64,000 bases of DNA from Candidatus Micrarchaeota archaeon (GTDB taxonomy: Archaea > Micrarchaeota > Micrarchaeia > Anstonellales > Anstonellaceae): the NCBI GenBank assembly GCA_026414185.1, contig JAOAJL010000003.1, positions 2,896 to 66,895 of the forward strand, in the 5' to 3' direction. The position numbers were made by a program, and so were the translations under genes. Every line of letters begins with the position of its first letter. Positions within the stretch are counted from its first letter, which is position 1. The notes under the pieces are model-generated. The model was given only the letters and a program-made list of their open reading frames with translations, ran no database searches and was not told the DNA's origin. Positions 52,430 through 61,834 of the stretch are shown here, piece after piece.

Positions 52430-52548
52430 GCCCACTCCGTTTTACCTTTCTTCTTTTTTGTTTTTCCTAACCCCAGCGCAAGCCACACAAAGCTCGTTGG
52501 GCATTGAGTGGAATTGCGTTTCCACTGCTGCCCTGTGCTCCTGCCGAG

Positions 52549-52621
52549 CGCCCCGGGCAGGGCTCGAACCTGCGACCTGTGGATTAACAGTCCACCGCTC
52601 TACCAACTGAGCTACCGAGGC
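52549..52621 (-). tRNA. tRNA-Asn (anticodon GUU), intron-less
   Basis: Hand fold: GCCUCGG UA GCUC AGUUGGUA GAGC G GUGGA CUGUUAA UCCAC AGGUC GCAGG UUCGAGC CCUGC CCGGGGC G. Confidence 0.92.
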
Positions 52622-52647
52622 ATGCGGACTTGGCTTATGCCCCAAGG

Positions 52648-52753
52648 TGCCACAGGCCGGATTTGAACCAGCAACACATCGGTGCCAAAACCTCCGCGGC
52701 TTTTCCGCAGCGGTGCTTCAGCCGATTGCTCTCCCAGGTTGAGCTACTGTGGC
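52648..52753 (-). tRNA. tRNA-Phe (anticodon GAA) with a canonical 32-nt intron after position 37
   Basis: Hand fold: GCCACAG UA GCUC AACCUGGGA GAGC A AUCGG CUGAAG [52715..52684] A CCGAU GUGUU GCUGG UUCAAAU CCGGC CUGUGGC A. Confidence 0.85.
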
Positions 52754-52793
52754 GCTGCGATGAGTTCTGCGAAAAAATGTTAATAAATGCCCC

Positions 52794-53195
52794 CTATGCC
52801 TTCCTCTTTTTGTGCTCCTTCATAAGGCATCTGTCCATCACAACAAGCAGCCCCGCCTTTCTTGCCACCCCTGCCGCCTCCTCATTCACAACACCCTCCT
52901 GCATCCACACCGCCTTCGCCCCGATTGCAATAGCCGATTTGACGGCAGGCAGCGCCTCCTCGCCTTTTCGGAAGATGCCAACAACCTCCACAGGAAACGG
53001 GATGTCCTCAAGCCGCGGGTAGGATTTTCTGCCCATCCACTCGGAAATCATCGGATTTACCGGCACGATTTCATAGCCCTGTCCGCTAAGGTAGGAAGCC
53101 ACGAGGAAAGAGGGCCTGTCCTGCTTGTCCGAAAGCCCAACAATCGCAATTCTTTTCATCGCAAGTATCCTCGCGATGGTTTCAGGCTCGTTCAT
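52794..53195 (-). CDS. CoA-binding domain protein (YccU/YneT-like)
   Basis: Trimmed to ATG 53195, which forms an ATGA overlap with the trm1 stop. Motifs: IAIVGLSDKQDRPSF, GYEIVPVNP, VWMQEG. Confidence 0.8.
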   Translation of the reverse strand: MNEPETIARILAMKRIAIVGLSDKQDRPSFLVASYLSGQGYEIVPVNPMISEWMGRKSYPRLEDIPFPVEVVGIFRKGEEALPAVKSAIAIGAKAVWMQEGVVNEEAAGVARKAGLLVVMDRCLMKEHKKRKA

Positions 53196-54289
53196 CCAAG
53201 CACCTCCAATACCGTTTCGTGGGGCGCATCCGTCCTTACCGCAGTTGGGCAGAAGTGCGTCCGGCTTGCGCAAAAGCCAGACTGGCGCAGCTTTGCCAGC
53301 GCCTCATCAATGCTGCTGACAGGCACCTTCCGCCTCTTTGCAATCTCGTGCAGGTCGTAATAGCCTTGCGCGCCAACCCCGCTTTCCGCAAGCATAAGCG
53401 AAAGCACCTTTTCAATTTCCTTCTTAAGCCGGTAGTTCCTTGCGGCGTTCAGCTTTGCCATCCTTCCAAGCAGCCTCTCGTCCCACAGCTTTCCGAGATA
53501 AAGCGGTCCTCCCCACTCAATGCGGCTTGCGCAGTGCGGACAGCCGCCCTCAAGCGCCACTCTTGCGAATCTGCGCCAGCAGCAGTTTCGGCAGTAAGAG
53601 ACAAAGCCGATGGACTTTGCTGTTTTCACAGCATCCGCCGCGCCTTTCTTCATCTCAAATATGATTTTGACATAGTGCCGTCGGGAGAGGGAAAAAATCG
53701 GGATTGCGGCGAGGCTGGATGGGGCTGATGCCAAAATCGCCTTGCCCGCAAGTATCCTAACGGCGTTCTCATGGCAAAACTCGTTGTTCAGCGGGACTGC
53801 GCCGTAATTCCTTATGCAGGCATCCCTCTCCGCCCCGCAAAGCACAGCGGTATCGGTCGCGGTTATGGAAAGCCAGCCCCTCTTTTTTCTTTCAAAGCAC
53901 CGCACTGCGTCGCACAGGAAAGGAACGGGCGAGCCGAAAGGGTCAAGCTCCACAAAGTCAAACTCTGTTTCGCGCAAAAGCTCGCAGGCGTCCGCCCGCA
54001 TAGCCTTGCATGCCCTGCCGCAGCCGTTCAGGGCTGCGTTTTTCCGCGCGCAGAGTATCGCCTTTTTGCTCCTGTCTGCCAGCACCACTTCTTTTACATT
54101 GCCGTTCTCTTTTAGGTAGCGTATGCCGCGCACTCCGGTTGCGCACATGGCATCAAGGGCTGAAAGCCCCTCTGCCTCGATAGCCCCAACTGCGAGGCTG
54201 CACAGGTCCCTGCAAAGCTCCATCTGGGGATTGTAAAAAACGCCCCTTTCCGTGCGGAATTTCAATCCGCCCTCCTCAGCAAAACGCAT
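53192..54289 (-). CDS. trm1: tRNA (guanine26-N2)-dimethyltransferase Trm1
   Basis: Trimmed to ATG 54289 (MRFAEEGGLKF...VFYNPQMELCRDL). SAM-binding LDAMCATGVRGIRY. Cys cluster CRNC....C.HC. Confidence 0.9.
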   Translation of the reverse strand: MRFAEEGGLKFRTERGVFYNPQMELCRDLCSLAVGAIEAEGLSALDAMCATGVRGIRYLKENGNVKEVVLADRSKKAILCARKNAALNGCGRACKAMRADACELLRETEFDFVELDPFGSPVPFLCDAVRCFERKKRGWLSITATDTAVLCGAERDACIRNYGAVPLNNEFCHENAVRILAGKAILASAPSSLAAIPIFSLSRRHYVKIIFEMKKGAADAVKTAKSIGFVSYCRNCCWRRFARVALEGGCPHCASRIEWGGPLYLGKLWDERLLGRMAKLNAARNYRLKKEIEKVLSLMLAESGVGAQGYYDLHEIAKRRKVPVSSIDEALAKLRQSGFCASRTHFCPTAVRTDAPHETVLEVLG

Positions 54290-54343
54290 GAAAGCATCTT
54301 TTCCCCAAGCTAATAAAAAGCATAGCTGAGCCTCACTTATCAT

Positions 54344-55582
54344 ATGGAGAAAGTAATCCGCCGTTCCATAATCGCAGGCTCTGCCAGGGCGCCACCTTCA
54401 ATCCCAGCTGCCCACCGCGCTCTTGTCGCCGCCCTGCTTTCAAGAGGCCAGTCTGTGATAGGGAATCTGCCCTCTCACCCGGCAATCTCCGCGACCATCG
54501 CCGCCTGCAGAGCCCTTGGGGCAGACATCGTGGTGGAAAACGGCACTGCCGACGTATTCGGCACATTTTTCATCCCAGCCCGAGTTTCGCTTGACTGCGC
54601 AGGCTCAAATGCAACCTTCAAGCTCTTCATGCCGCTTGCCGCCATTTTTGAAGGCGAGGTCAAGTTCTCAGGCTTGGATGGCATTGAGCCGGAATGCATC
54701 ATCCCGCACGTCGCCTATCTTGAGCGGCTTGGCGCTTCTGTGGAAGCAGAATCGGAGCAGCCGCCTCTCACCGTTCGGGGTCCAATTTCGGAGAGAGAGC
54801 TTGTCTTTCGCGCAAGCTTGGGCACGCCCTTCTTTTCCGGCTTTCTTTTTGCCCTCCCCCTTCTGGAAGACGATTCCAGCATCGCAATAGACGGAAGTTT
54901 CTATTCGCAGGAGCACATTGAAGAAACCTTCAGAATCCTTGATTTGTGCCAGATAGTCTACCAACACCCCTCAGAGGAGATTGTCCTTCTGCAAGGCGGG
55001 CAGGAGTTCATTCCGTTCAGATACGAGCTTCCTTCAAGCGAGTCTCATGCAGGGTTCCTCGCACTGGCAGGGGCGATAGGCGGCAGCGCGAGGATAGAGG
55101 GGAAGGGCAGCTACGCGCGCCTTGTAAAACTCCTCTCCTCCTTCGGCGCGGAGGCAAAGGAGTCCGAGGGCTCAATTGAAGCATCCGCGCTTTTTCTCAA
55201 AGGCAGAGACATCTCCGCCCAGCAGGTTGGAAGTCTCCTTCCGCACGCGATTGTGCTTGCCTGCCTTGCCGAGGGGCGCACTAACATAGAAGGCACAAAC
55301 ATGCTTTTGCCGAGGGCGAAAAGGCGCATGTGGAACCTGGTGCAGGAGCTTTCAAAAATGGGCGCAAGGATAGAAAACACGCCATCCGGTCTTTCAATAG
55401 AGGGCGGAAAGCTTTCAGGTGCGCAGATAGAGCCAAAAGGCGACCCAATGGTGGCGATGGCTTGCTCGGTTGCGGCGATTGCCTGCCAGGGCCAGACGCG
55501 CATAATGGGTGCAGAATGCGTTGAGAAAACCTACCCGGCCTTTTTTTCAGACCTCGCCTCACTGGGAGCGCTTGTCAGATGA
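54344..55582 (+). CDS. aroA: 3-phosphoshikimate 1-carboxyvinyltransferase (EPSP synthase)
   Basis: 412 aa. N-terminal PPSIPAAHRALVAALLSRGQSVIGNLP, repeated beta-alpha-beta-alpha-beta-beta units, and C-terminal GDPMVAMACSVAAI. Confidence 0.85.
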   Translation: MEKVIRRSIIAGSARAPPSIPAAHRALVAALLSRGQSVIGNLPSHPAISATIAACRALGADIVVENGTADVFGTFFIPARVSLDCAGSNATFKLFMPLAAIFEGEVKFSGLDGIEPECIIPHVAYLERLGASVEAESEQPPLTVRGPISERELVFRASLGTPFFSGFLFALPLLEDDSSIAIDGSFYSQEHIEETFRILDLCQIVYQHPSEEIVLLQGGQEFIPFRYELPSSESHAGFLALAGAIGGSARIEGKGSYARLVKLLSSFGAEAKESEGSIEASALFLKGRDISAQQVGSLLPHAIVLACLAEGRTNIEGTNMLLPRAKRRMWNLVQELSKMGARIENTPSGLSIEGGKLSGAQIEPKGDPMVAMACSVAAIACQGQTRIMGAECVEKTYPAFFSDLASLGALVR

Positions 55583-55798
55583 AATTTGGCGCTGCTTCGC
55601 CTCAGCAGGCTTGCCTTCTTCTGCCTTCTCAAAGCTCGCCTACTCTGCGCTTGAGCTTGCGCTTGAGGCGCTTGCGGCGCTTTTTCAGCCATTTCCAGCG
55701 CATTCTCCCTTTTTTCTTCCACTTCCTTGGCCTTGAACTCAAACAAGTCACCTTGCCTTTTTTATCGCGTATAGCTATAAAAATCCAAGCCTTAATCC

Positions 55799-56041
55799 TC
55801 ACTGGCGCCATTTTTTCCTCAGGGCGTCAATGAGCCCGTGCGCGTAGTTTATGCAGCCAAATGCAGTCATGTAGTCGCCTTTTTCGCAGAAGTAGCGCGC
55901 ATCCTCGCAGTAGCGGCAGGCAATATCCACAACATCGGCATTTTCGCCAGCCTTCTGCACCTGCTTTACGTTTTCGTAAAACTGCTTTATATCCGAGATT
56001 ATGCGCTGCCTTTGCGCTTCTGACTTTTTTATCCCTGCCAT
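55799..56041 (-). CDS. DUF357-like small archaeal protein
   Basis: 80 aa. The pattern ...[33 protein letters not shown] resembles DUF357. The family is recalled from pattern only. Confidence 0.55.
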   Translation of the reverse strand: MAGIKKSEAQRQRIISDIKQFYENVKQVQKAGENADVVDIACRYCEDARYFCEKGDYMTAFGCINYAHGLIDALRKKWRQ

Positions 56042-56044
56042 GCC

Positions 56045-56746
56045 TTAGCCCCTTTCCATATACCTTGCCCTCGCCTCAATCTTGGAAACCATTTCGGCAA
56101 CCTTTTTTTTCCCGCCAAATTTTAGATATTCCGCAACAAAACGCCCCCCTTCCTTGCCAAGCGCCTTTTTCATGGTCAGCACATCCACGCCCCTGTCTTC
56201 ATCATCGCAAGAAAAAAACCCCAAGCCAAAGTCAATGACCGCCATCCCGTCTTTCGTGAGCATGAGGTTCGCAGGCGTGAAATCCCCGTGTATCACACCT
56301 ACGGAATGCAGCCTGGCAAGGATTGATGCTGCCGCCGAGATTTCTTCCCCCGTTATCTTCCGCCTTTGGAGCTCCTCGTGAAGCATCTTTCCCCTCAGAA
56401 ACTTCATCAGGATTGAAAAGCCGGCAACCTCGTAGACCACTGGGCAGAGCACCCCTGCTTTTTTGGCAGCTGACAAAAGACGCGCCTCTCGCCTTGTCCT
56501 GCCCTGCCGGATTTCCCTGTCAAGCGCCCTTGCGCGGTATTTTTTTTCCACTCTGAATTTTTCCACCGCAGGCATTCCAAGGAAGGAGGTCCTGAAAAGG
56601 ACCGCCTCCGCTCCCCTGCCAAAACCCCCACGCTTTCCTGAAAGCGGGTTTTGGCTCAATCCTCCGTACGCCAACCTATTCTTTTTATTGCCAAAACCCC
56701 CACGCTTTCCTGAAAGCGGGTTTTCCTTGCGGATGGCAAAAAGCAT
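56045..56746 (-). CDS. bud32: Bud32/PRPK-type Kae1-associated kinase, with an in-frame 24-codon repeat insertion near the N-terminus
   Basis: Trimmed to ATG 56746, preceded by GGGGGGAG. Motifs: RGAEAVLF, KKYRARALD..IR..RTRREARLL, HGDFTPANLML, IDFGL. Confidence 0.85.
   Translation of the reverse strand: MLFAIRKENPLSGKRGGFGNKKNRLAYGGLSQNPLSGKRGGFGRGAEAVLFRTSFLGMPAVEKFRVEKKYRARALDREIRQGRTRREARLLSAAKKAGVLCPVVYEVAGFSILMKFLRGKMLHEELQRRKITGEEISAAASILARLHSVGVIHGDFTPANLMLTKDGMAVIDFGLGFFSCDDEDRGVDVLTMKKALGKEGGRFVAEYLKFGGKKKVAEMVSKIEARARYMERG
56617..56724. repeat. two exact 36-nt copies (56617..56652 and 56689..56724) of an internally palindromic element, 72 nt apart, inside bud32
   Basis: Both copies read TGCCAAAACCCCCACGCTTTCCTGAAAGCGGGTTTT. 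AAAACCC pairs with GGGTTTT and GCTTTC with GAAAGC. On the coding strand each copy encodes NPLSGKRGGFG. Confidence 0.9.
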
Positions 56747-56769
56747 GCTCCCCCCTTCATAAGCCTGAC

Positions 56770-57402
56770 TCAAAGCCCAAAAATCCCAGGGATGCCCATC
56801 CCAAAGAAGGAAACCAGGACTGCGCCAAGCCAAACCCTCCAGTCCCACGCCACCACCTTGCTTCCGTCAAGGGGCGGGATGGGTATGAGATTGAAAAGCG
56901 CAAGCATAAGGTTTACGCGAAAGCCGAACAGAAGCACGGTGGAAAGAAGGATGCTTTGGCTGAAAATAACGGCAAGGGCAAGAAAAACCGCGGCAACAGC
57001 CCAGTTCATCGCAGGTCCCGCAAGGGAGATTATGCCGTTTTGCCTTATTGAAATCCCCCGAAGCGCATATATGTAGACTGCGCCAGGGGCTATGAAGAAT
57101 ATCGCAGCGGCAGGTCCCCAGATTATCTGGGGGACAACAACAAGGGCAAGGGCAAGCGCAAGCCCGGCAGGCCAAGCCTTGAACCTTGCGCGCGCACCAT
57201 AGCGGATTGCGAAATACTTGTGCGCAAGCTCGTGCATCACAAAGCCGCTTCCGAGGGTTATCACTCCTGCTGCCATATAGAAGATGAATGCCGACGGCTC
57301 AACAGAAAGTCCCCGGTCGTAAAAGGTGAAGACAAGGGCAATCGCCAGGATGGAAACTGCCATCTCAAATGCCTCGTCCTTGTCCACATGCATTTCCACC
57401 AA
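56770..57402 (-). CDS. M50 family (site-2 protease-like) membrane metalloprotease
   Basis: HELAH zinc motif, LFNLIPIPPLDGSKV, and multiple TM helices. Confidence 0.85.
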   Translation of the reverse strand: MVEMHVDKDEAFEMAVSILAIALVFTFYDRGLSVEPSAFIFYMAAGVITLGSGFVMHELAHKYFAIRYGARARFKAWPAGLALALALVVVPQIIWGPAAAIFFIAPGAVYIYALRGISIRQNGIISLAGPAMNWAVAAVFLALAVIFSQSILLSTVLLFGFRVNLMLALFNLIPIPPLDGSKVVAWDWRVWLGAVLVSFFGMGIPGIFGL

Positions 57403-57414
57403 GCCAATCCCCCC

Positions 57415-59571
57415 TCATCTGTACATGCTGTTTGGCTCGCCTTTTGCGAATTTCCTTATCCGCTCAACATAGGATTTTGTGACAGAGGGCTTGACAACGG
57501 ACAACGCAGCCTCAAAGTCCTGCTCCTCAACCTTGTCGGCATCCGGTCCGCGCCTGATGGCTGCCATGCCCGCCTCCCTGCAGACGTTTTCTATGTCCGC
57601 CCCAGTGTAGCCTTCCGTCTTTTTGGCAAGCTCAGCCAAGTCAATCTTCTTGTCAAGAGGCATGGACCTTGTGTGGACCTTGAATATCTCAAGGCGCGTC
57701 TTCTCGTCGGGCACTGGTATCTCAATTATCCTGTCAAACCTGCCTCCGCGCATCAGCGCAGGGTCAAGAAGCTCGGGCCTGTTGGTTGCGGCAATCACCA
57801 CCACGTTTTTCAGGGCGACCAGGCCGTCCATCTCAGTAAGCAGGGTGTCCACCACCCTCTCCGTCACGCGCGAGTTGCCATCCTCCATCACCCTGTAAGG
57901 CGCAATCGCGTCTATCTCGTCTATGAAAATGACGCAGGGTGTTGCCATGCGCGCCTTTCGGAAAGTTTCGCGCACAGCCTTCTCGCTCTCCCCAACCCAC
58001 TTGGATAGCACCTCAGGCCCCTTGATGGAGATGAAGTTCGCCTCCGTTTCCGTTGCCACCGCCTTCGCAAACATCGTCTTGCCGGTGCCGGGCAGCCCAA
58101 CAAGCAATATTCCTTTCACAGGGCGTATTCCGAACTTGGCGAACACCTCCGGGTTTTTGAGCGGAAGCTCAACCGCTTCTTTGAGCTCCTTTTTCACACT
58201 TTCCAGCCCGCCGATGTCGCTCCATCGCACGTTTGGCTTCTCCAAAAACACCTCGCGCAACGCAGAGGGGCGAACCTCGCGCAGCGCATTGAAGAAGTCC
58301 TCCCTCGTCACTTTGAGGTTGTCAAGTATCTCCTGCGGTATGAACTCCTGCTCCAGGTCTATGCTTGGGAGAATGCGCCTCAGGACCTTCATCGCCGCCT
58401 CCTTGGTAAGCGACGAGATGTCAGCCCCCGTGTAGCCGTGCGTTATGCTGGCAAGCTCGTCAATATTCACGTCCTCGGCAAGTGGCATGCTCCTGGTGTG
58501 TATCTGGAGGATTTCCTTTCTTCCCTGCCTGTCAGGCACGCCAAGCTCCACTTCCCTGTCAAACCTGCCGGGTCTGCGCAGGGCTGGGTCAATGGAGTTG
58601 GGCCTGTTGGTGGCGCCGATGACTATCACTTGGCCGCGCGCCTTCAGCCCGTCCATAAGCGTGAGAAGCTGGCTGACCATCCTCCTTTCAACCTCTCCCG
58701 TAACCTCCTCCCTGTTGGGGGCAATGGCGTCTATTTCGTCCATGAAGATGATTGACGGGGCGTTCTCCTGCGCCTCCTTGAAAATCTGCCTCAGCCTCTC
58801 CTCTGATTCGCCGACAAACTTGCTGACAAGCTCGGGGCCGCCTATGTGAATGAAGTTTGCCTCGCTTTCAGATGCAACCGCGCGCGCAAGCAGCGTCTTG
58901 CCGGTGCCGGGCGGCCCGTAGATGAGGACTCCTTTGGGCGCCTCAATGCCCAGCCTCTCGAAAAGCTCCGGGTGGCGCATGGGCAACTCCACCATCTCGC
59001 GTATTTTTTGCACCTCTTCCTTCAGCCCGCCGATGTCCTCATAGGAGATTGCCTGCGCCTGCAGGCTTTCCTTCTCAGGAGCCTCTTTCAGGATAAGCTC
59101 GGTGTTCTCGTTGATAAGCACGATTCCTGAAGGCTGGACCTGAATCGCAATGAGGGGAAAGCTCGTTCCGAAAACCCCTATGAATATGGTGTCCCCCCTG
59201 TTTATCGCCCTGCCAATCATCTTTTTCTTTACAAACTGGTCAAAGCCGGGGGAGTATTTCATGGGCTGGGTGGGCGCAAGCACCACCTTTTTTGCCTCCT
59301 TAAGCTCGGCCTTCATCACCAGGATTTTGTCGCCAAGCCCAACTCCCGTATTCTGGCGCAGATAGCCATCCATCCTTATTATGTTCAGCCCCTCGTCTTG
59401 CGGGTGAGCCTGCCAGACAAGAGCCGCAGTGCTTCTCTTGCCCTTCAGCTCCACTATGTCTCCTGTGGAGACATCAAGCGCCTTTCGCGCCTTGGAGTCT
59501 ATCCTGACAAGCCCGCGCCCCACGTCATTTTGGAGCGCCTCTGCAACCTTAAGCTCAATTCCCTTAGGCAT
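57415..59571 (-). CDS. cdc48: Cdc48/VCP-like AAA+ ATPase (two ATPase domains)
   Basis: ATG 59571 follows GGTGAT. N-domain MPKGIELKVAEALQNDVGRGLVRID. Walker A twice (GPPGTGKT, GLPGTGKT), with Walker B and SRH in both domains. Confidence 0.95.
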   Translation of the reverse strand: MPKGIELKVAEALQNDVGRGLVRIDSKARKALDVSTGDIVELKGKRSTAALVWQAHPQDEGLNIIRMDGYLRQNTGVGLGDKILVMKAELKEAKKVVLAPTQPMKYSPGFDQFVKKKMIGRAINRGDTIFIGVFGTSFPLIAIQVQPSGIVLINENTELILKEAPEKESLQAQAISYEDIGGLKEEVQKIREMVELPMRHPELFERLGIEAPKGVLIYGPPGTGKTLLARAVASESEANFIHIGGPELVSKFVGESEERLRQIFKEAQENAPSIIFMDEIDAIAPNREEVTGEVERRMVSQLLTLMDGLKARGQVIVIGATNRPNSIDPALRRPGRFDREVELGVPDRQGRKEILQIHTRSMPLAEDVNIDELASITHGYTGADISSLTKEAAMKVLRRILPSIDLEQEFIPQEILDNLKVTREDFFNALREVRPSALREVFLEKPNVRWSDIGGLESVKKELKEAVELPLKNPEVFAKFGIRPVKGILLVGLPGTGKTMFAKAVATETEANFISIKGPEVLSKWVGESEKAVRETFRKARMATPCVIFIDEIDAIAPYRVMEDGNSRVTERVVDTLLTEMDGLVALKNVVVIAATNRPELLDPALMRGGRFDRIIEIPVPDEKTRLEIFKVHTRSMPLDKKIDLAELAKKTEGYTGADIENVCREAGMAAIRRGPDADKVEEQDFEAALSVVKPSVTKSYVERIRKFAKGEPNSMYR

Positions 59572-59745
59572 AACCATCACCGATGAAAAAGGCGGCAACT
59601 TGCAGCAAAGCCGCCCTCCTGCCGCCTCCCCGCCTTCTCCCTTCTCTAAAAGTGCCTCAAAGCTTTAAAAAGCAGGCGCAACCCGCCTCCTCCCCCCAAG
59701 GCGGCTGCGGTTAGGTATAAAAAACGTTTGCCACAGAAGGCTGGC

Positions 59746-60558
59746 ATGGCGCCAACCAAAAAGCTGTCTGTTTGCTTTGTCTTCAACATGCACGCCTCAA
59801 AAAAGGATGCGGTTCCTGTAAAAAAGGCGATAGAAAAGTTCAAGCCGCACCTTCTTGCCCCGGAAGCCTACGGCATGACAAAAAGAAGGAGAGCAAAGAG
59901 AATAGGCTCTGTTGAGGCGCCCATATTCAACGCCATTCTTGGCGGGGGGCTGGACTCCCTTGGAAAGAGCAAAGAGAAGCTGATGAATGAATTTTACAAA
60001 ACCTCCTTTGGCAAGCCGGTGGATGAGTACGGCAGGGAGCTGCGGCGGCTTGCAATAAGATACAAGGTCCCAATCTTCCCTCTTGAAGCAGGCTCGTCTT
60101 CTTCCTATGACAAAATCTACCTCAATGCAGTAGCCCTTGAGAACGAAGCTATCAAGATGGGCTTTTTTTGCCAGGAGGGCTATGTGGAAAAGATGGTTGA
60201 GGCTTACCGGCTCTACACCAAAGCCCGCCAGATTCGCGAGCTTATGATAGTTTCAAACCTGCTTTCCTATGCCGACGAGGCAGCAAAGTTTTACCCGCAC
60301 CTGCAAAGGCTTGGCGAAATAAGGCTTGTGGCTGTGTTTGGCTCAAACCACTATTCGCTTTACCGGCTTTCAGCCCAGATTGCCAAGAATACCGCGGGGC
60401 TTTTCGTTCTTCCCGCGCAAAAGCCAAAACCGCAGCCGCCCGCATCCTTCCATGGCGCAAGGCAAGCCCTCATTGAAGCCGTTGCCAGCGGGCTTGATGC
60501 CACAAACCAGCAAGTCAGAGAGCTTGTAAGAAAGCTTCTTGCCTGGCAGGTCGGCTGA
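59746..60558 (+). CDS. hypothetical protein (possibly TraB/PrgY/TIKI-like fold)
   Basis: ATG 59746 lies about 20 nt after TATA-like GGTATAAAAAACG, so the transcript is possibly leaderless. Sparse motifs FNMH...PEA...FGSNH resemble the GxxH...E...GxxH pattern. This is weak. Confidence 0.4.
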   Translation: MAPTKKLSVCFVFNMHASKKDAVPVKKAIEKFKPHLLAPEAYGMTKRRRAKRIGSVEAPIFNAILGGGLDSLGKSKEKLMNEFYKTSFGKPVDEYGRELRRLAIRYKVPIFPLEAGSSSSYDKIYLNAVALENEAIKMGFFCQEGYVEKMVEAYRLYTKARQIRELMIVSNLLSYADEAAKFYPHLQRLGEIRLVAVFGSNHYSLYRLSAQIAKNTAGLFVLPAQKPKPQPPASFHGARQALIEAVASGLDATNQQVRELVRKLLAWQVG

Positions 60559-60568
60559 CAAGCCAAGC

Positions 60569-61834
60569 TCAAAATTCGCCAAGCGTGCTCTGCCCGACCG
60601 CCCGCCCTTTCTCCCCCTCATCAAATATGATGATCCTGCCATACTCCCCGTCGTATCCCGCCACCTTTTTCACCTTCCCCCTTTCCACACGCCTTATGGC
60701 TTCCGCAAGGCGCTCCCCGCCGGTTTGTTTCAGCTTCTCATAAGGGGCGTGAAGGACGGCAAATTCGTTTCCGAATGCCTTCACAAGCCTGAAGTATTCC
60801 GCCTCAACCTTCTTTGAGCCCGCCTGCGAGCCCATCGCCTCCGAAAGGACTTCCTTGAGGGGAACAAGGCTCTCGTAGGGAACGGCGTTTTTCGGCACAA
60901 AGCCCTCGGGCCTGTCTGCAAGCTCCTCCACCCGCGAGAGAACGCCGACAGTGAGGGGCTTTTTGCACACAGGGCAGATTCCGCCGCAGCTTTTTCTCTG
61001 CTGGGGCGACATGCTGACTTTGCAGGCGCGGTGCCCGTCAAAGTGGTATTTGCCTTCCTCAGGATAAAACTCATAGGTGCATTTCAGCCTGCCCTTCTCC
61101 TTATAGCGTATTGCCTCATAAAGCTCGCCGTAAGTCAGCCTGTCAAGCTCAAAGACGTTTGCTTCCCTGCCAATCTTTTCAGGCGAGTGCGAGTCAGAGT
61201 TGGAAACAAGCTGCAGCCTGTCAAGTTGCGAAAGCCGCCAGTTCATCGCAGGGTCGGAAGAAAGCCCGGTTTCAATCGCATAAATATCTTTCTCATATTC
61301 GCCGAACGCCTCTTTGAGCGAGTCAAACCCGCTTTGCGAGCCGAAAAGCGAAAACCAAGGAGTCCAGGCGTGCGCCGGGATGATGAGGTTCTTTTCAGAC
61401 ACTCCAAGCACAAGCTCGCACAGCTCAATGGCTGAGATGCCGAAAGTCGGCCTGCCGTCAGCCAAAAGGCTTCCTTTCCTTGCCAGCCTCTCGTTTATCT
61501 GCTGGGCAATTTCAAGCGAAGGCGAAAGCAGCAGAAGGTGGATTCGCCTCAGCCTGCCGCCCTGCGGATAAACGCAGGACACCTCGCAGGATAGGACAAA
61601 ATTCACGCCACCATACTGCAAAAAGCCGGAGTCGGACTCAATCGCCTTTTCCTGAAGCTCGGAAAACCACCGCGGATGCGAAAAGTCGCCCGTGCCAAGC
61701 AGGTCTATGCCCTTTATCCTCGCCCACCTGGAAAGCGTTTCAAGCTCCATGCCGCTTGAAGTGGCGCGAGAGGATTTGGAATGGATGTGCAGGTCTGCAA
61801 CTATCTTTGCCACAAACCAAACCCCCCCAAGCAT
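60569..61834 (-). CDS. PHP-domain endonuclease Q (EndoQ/TIGR00375-like), C-terminal PIP-like motif
   Basis: Motifs: ADLHIHSKSS (PHP), GTGDFSHP, IIPAHAWTPWFS, NSDSHS, and zinc finger C...CPVCKKPLTVGV. The C-terminus is QSTLGEF-stop. Confidence 0.7.
   Translation of the reverse strand: MLGGVWFVAKIVADLHIHSKSSRATSSGMELETLSRWARIKGIDLLGTGDFSHPRWFSELQEKAIESDSGFLQYGGVNFVLSCEVSCVYPQGGRLRRIHLLLLSPSLEIAQQINERLARKGSLLADGRPTFGISAIELCELVLGVSEKNLIIPAHAWTPWFSLFGSQSGFDSLKEAFGEYEKDIYAIETGLSSDPAMNWRLSQLDRLQLVSNSDSHSPEKIGREANVFELDRLTYGELYEAIRYKEKGRLKCTYEFYPEEGKYHFDGHRACKVSMSPQQRKSCGGICPVCKKPLTVGVLSRVEELADRPEGFVPKNAVPYESLVPLKEVLSEAMGSQAGSKKVEAEYFRLVKAFGNEFAVLHAPYEKLKQTGGERLAEAIRRVERGKVKKVAGYDGEYGRIIIFDEGEKGRAVGQSTLGEF

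Noticed and set aside
52440-52548. ORF-free 105 nt downstream of tRNA-Asn with the hairpin AGUGGAA-ACGCAA-UUCCACU (minus strand)
   Set aside because: It is most simply a tRNA 3' trailer, plus the T-rich terminator (plus strand) of the convergent 50453..52429 gene. There is no further structure to support a separate RNA gene.
52442-53022. ORFs 52442..52645(-) and 52630..53022(+)
   Set aside because: The first covers tRNA-Asn. The second covers tRNA-Phe and runs antisense to the CoA-binding protein gene.
55531-55746. 71-aa minus-strand ORF (TTG start) downstream of the DUF357 gene
   Set aside because: It is a low-complexity Ala/Gln/Arg-rich peptide, overlaps the 3' end of aroA by about 50 nt, and has no SD or motif. 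It is probably not coding, though a short charged peptide cannot be excluded.
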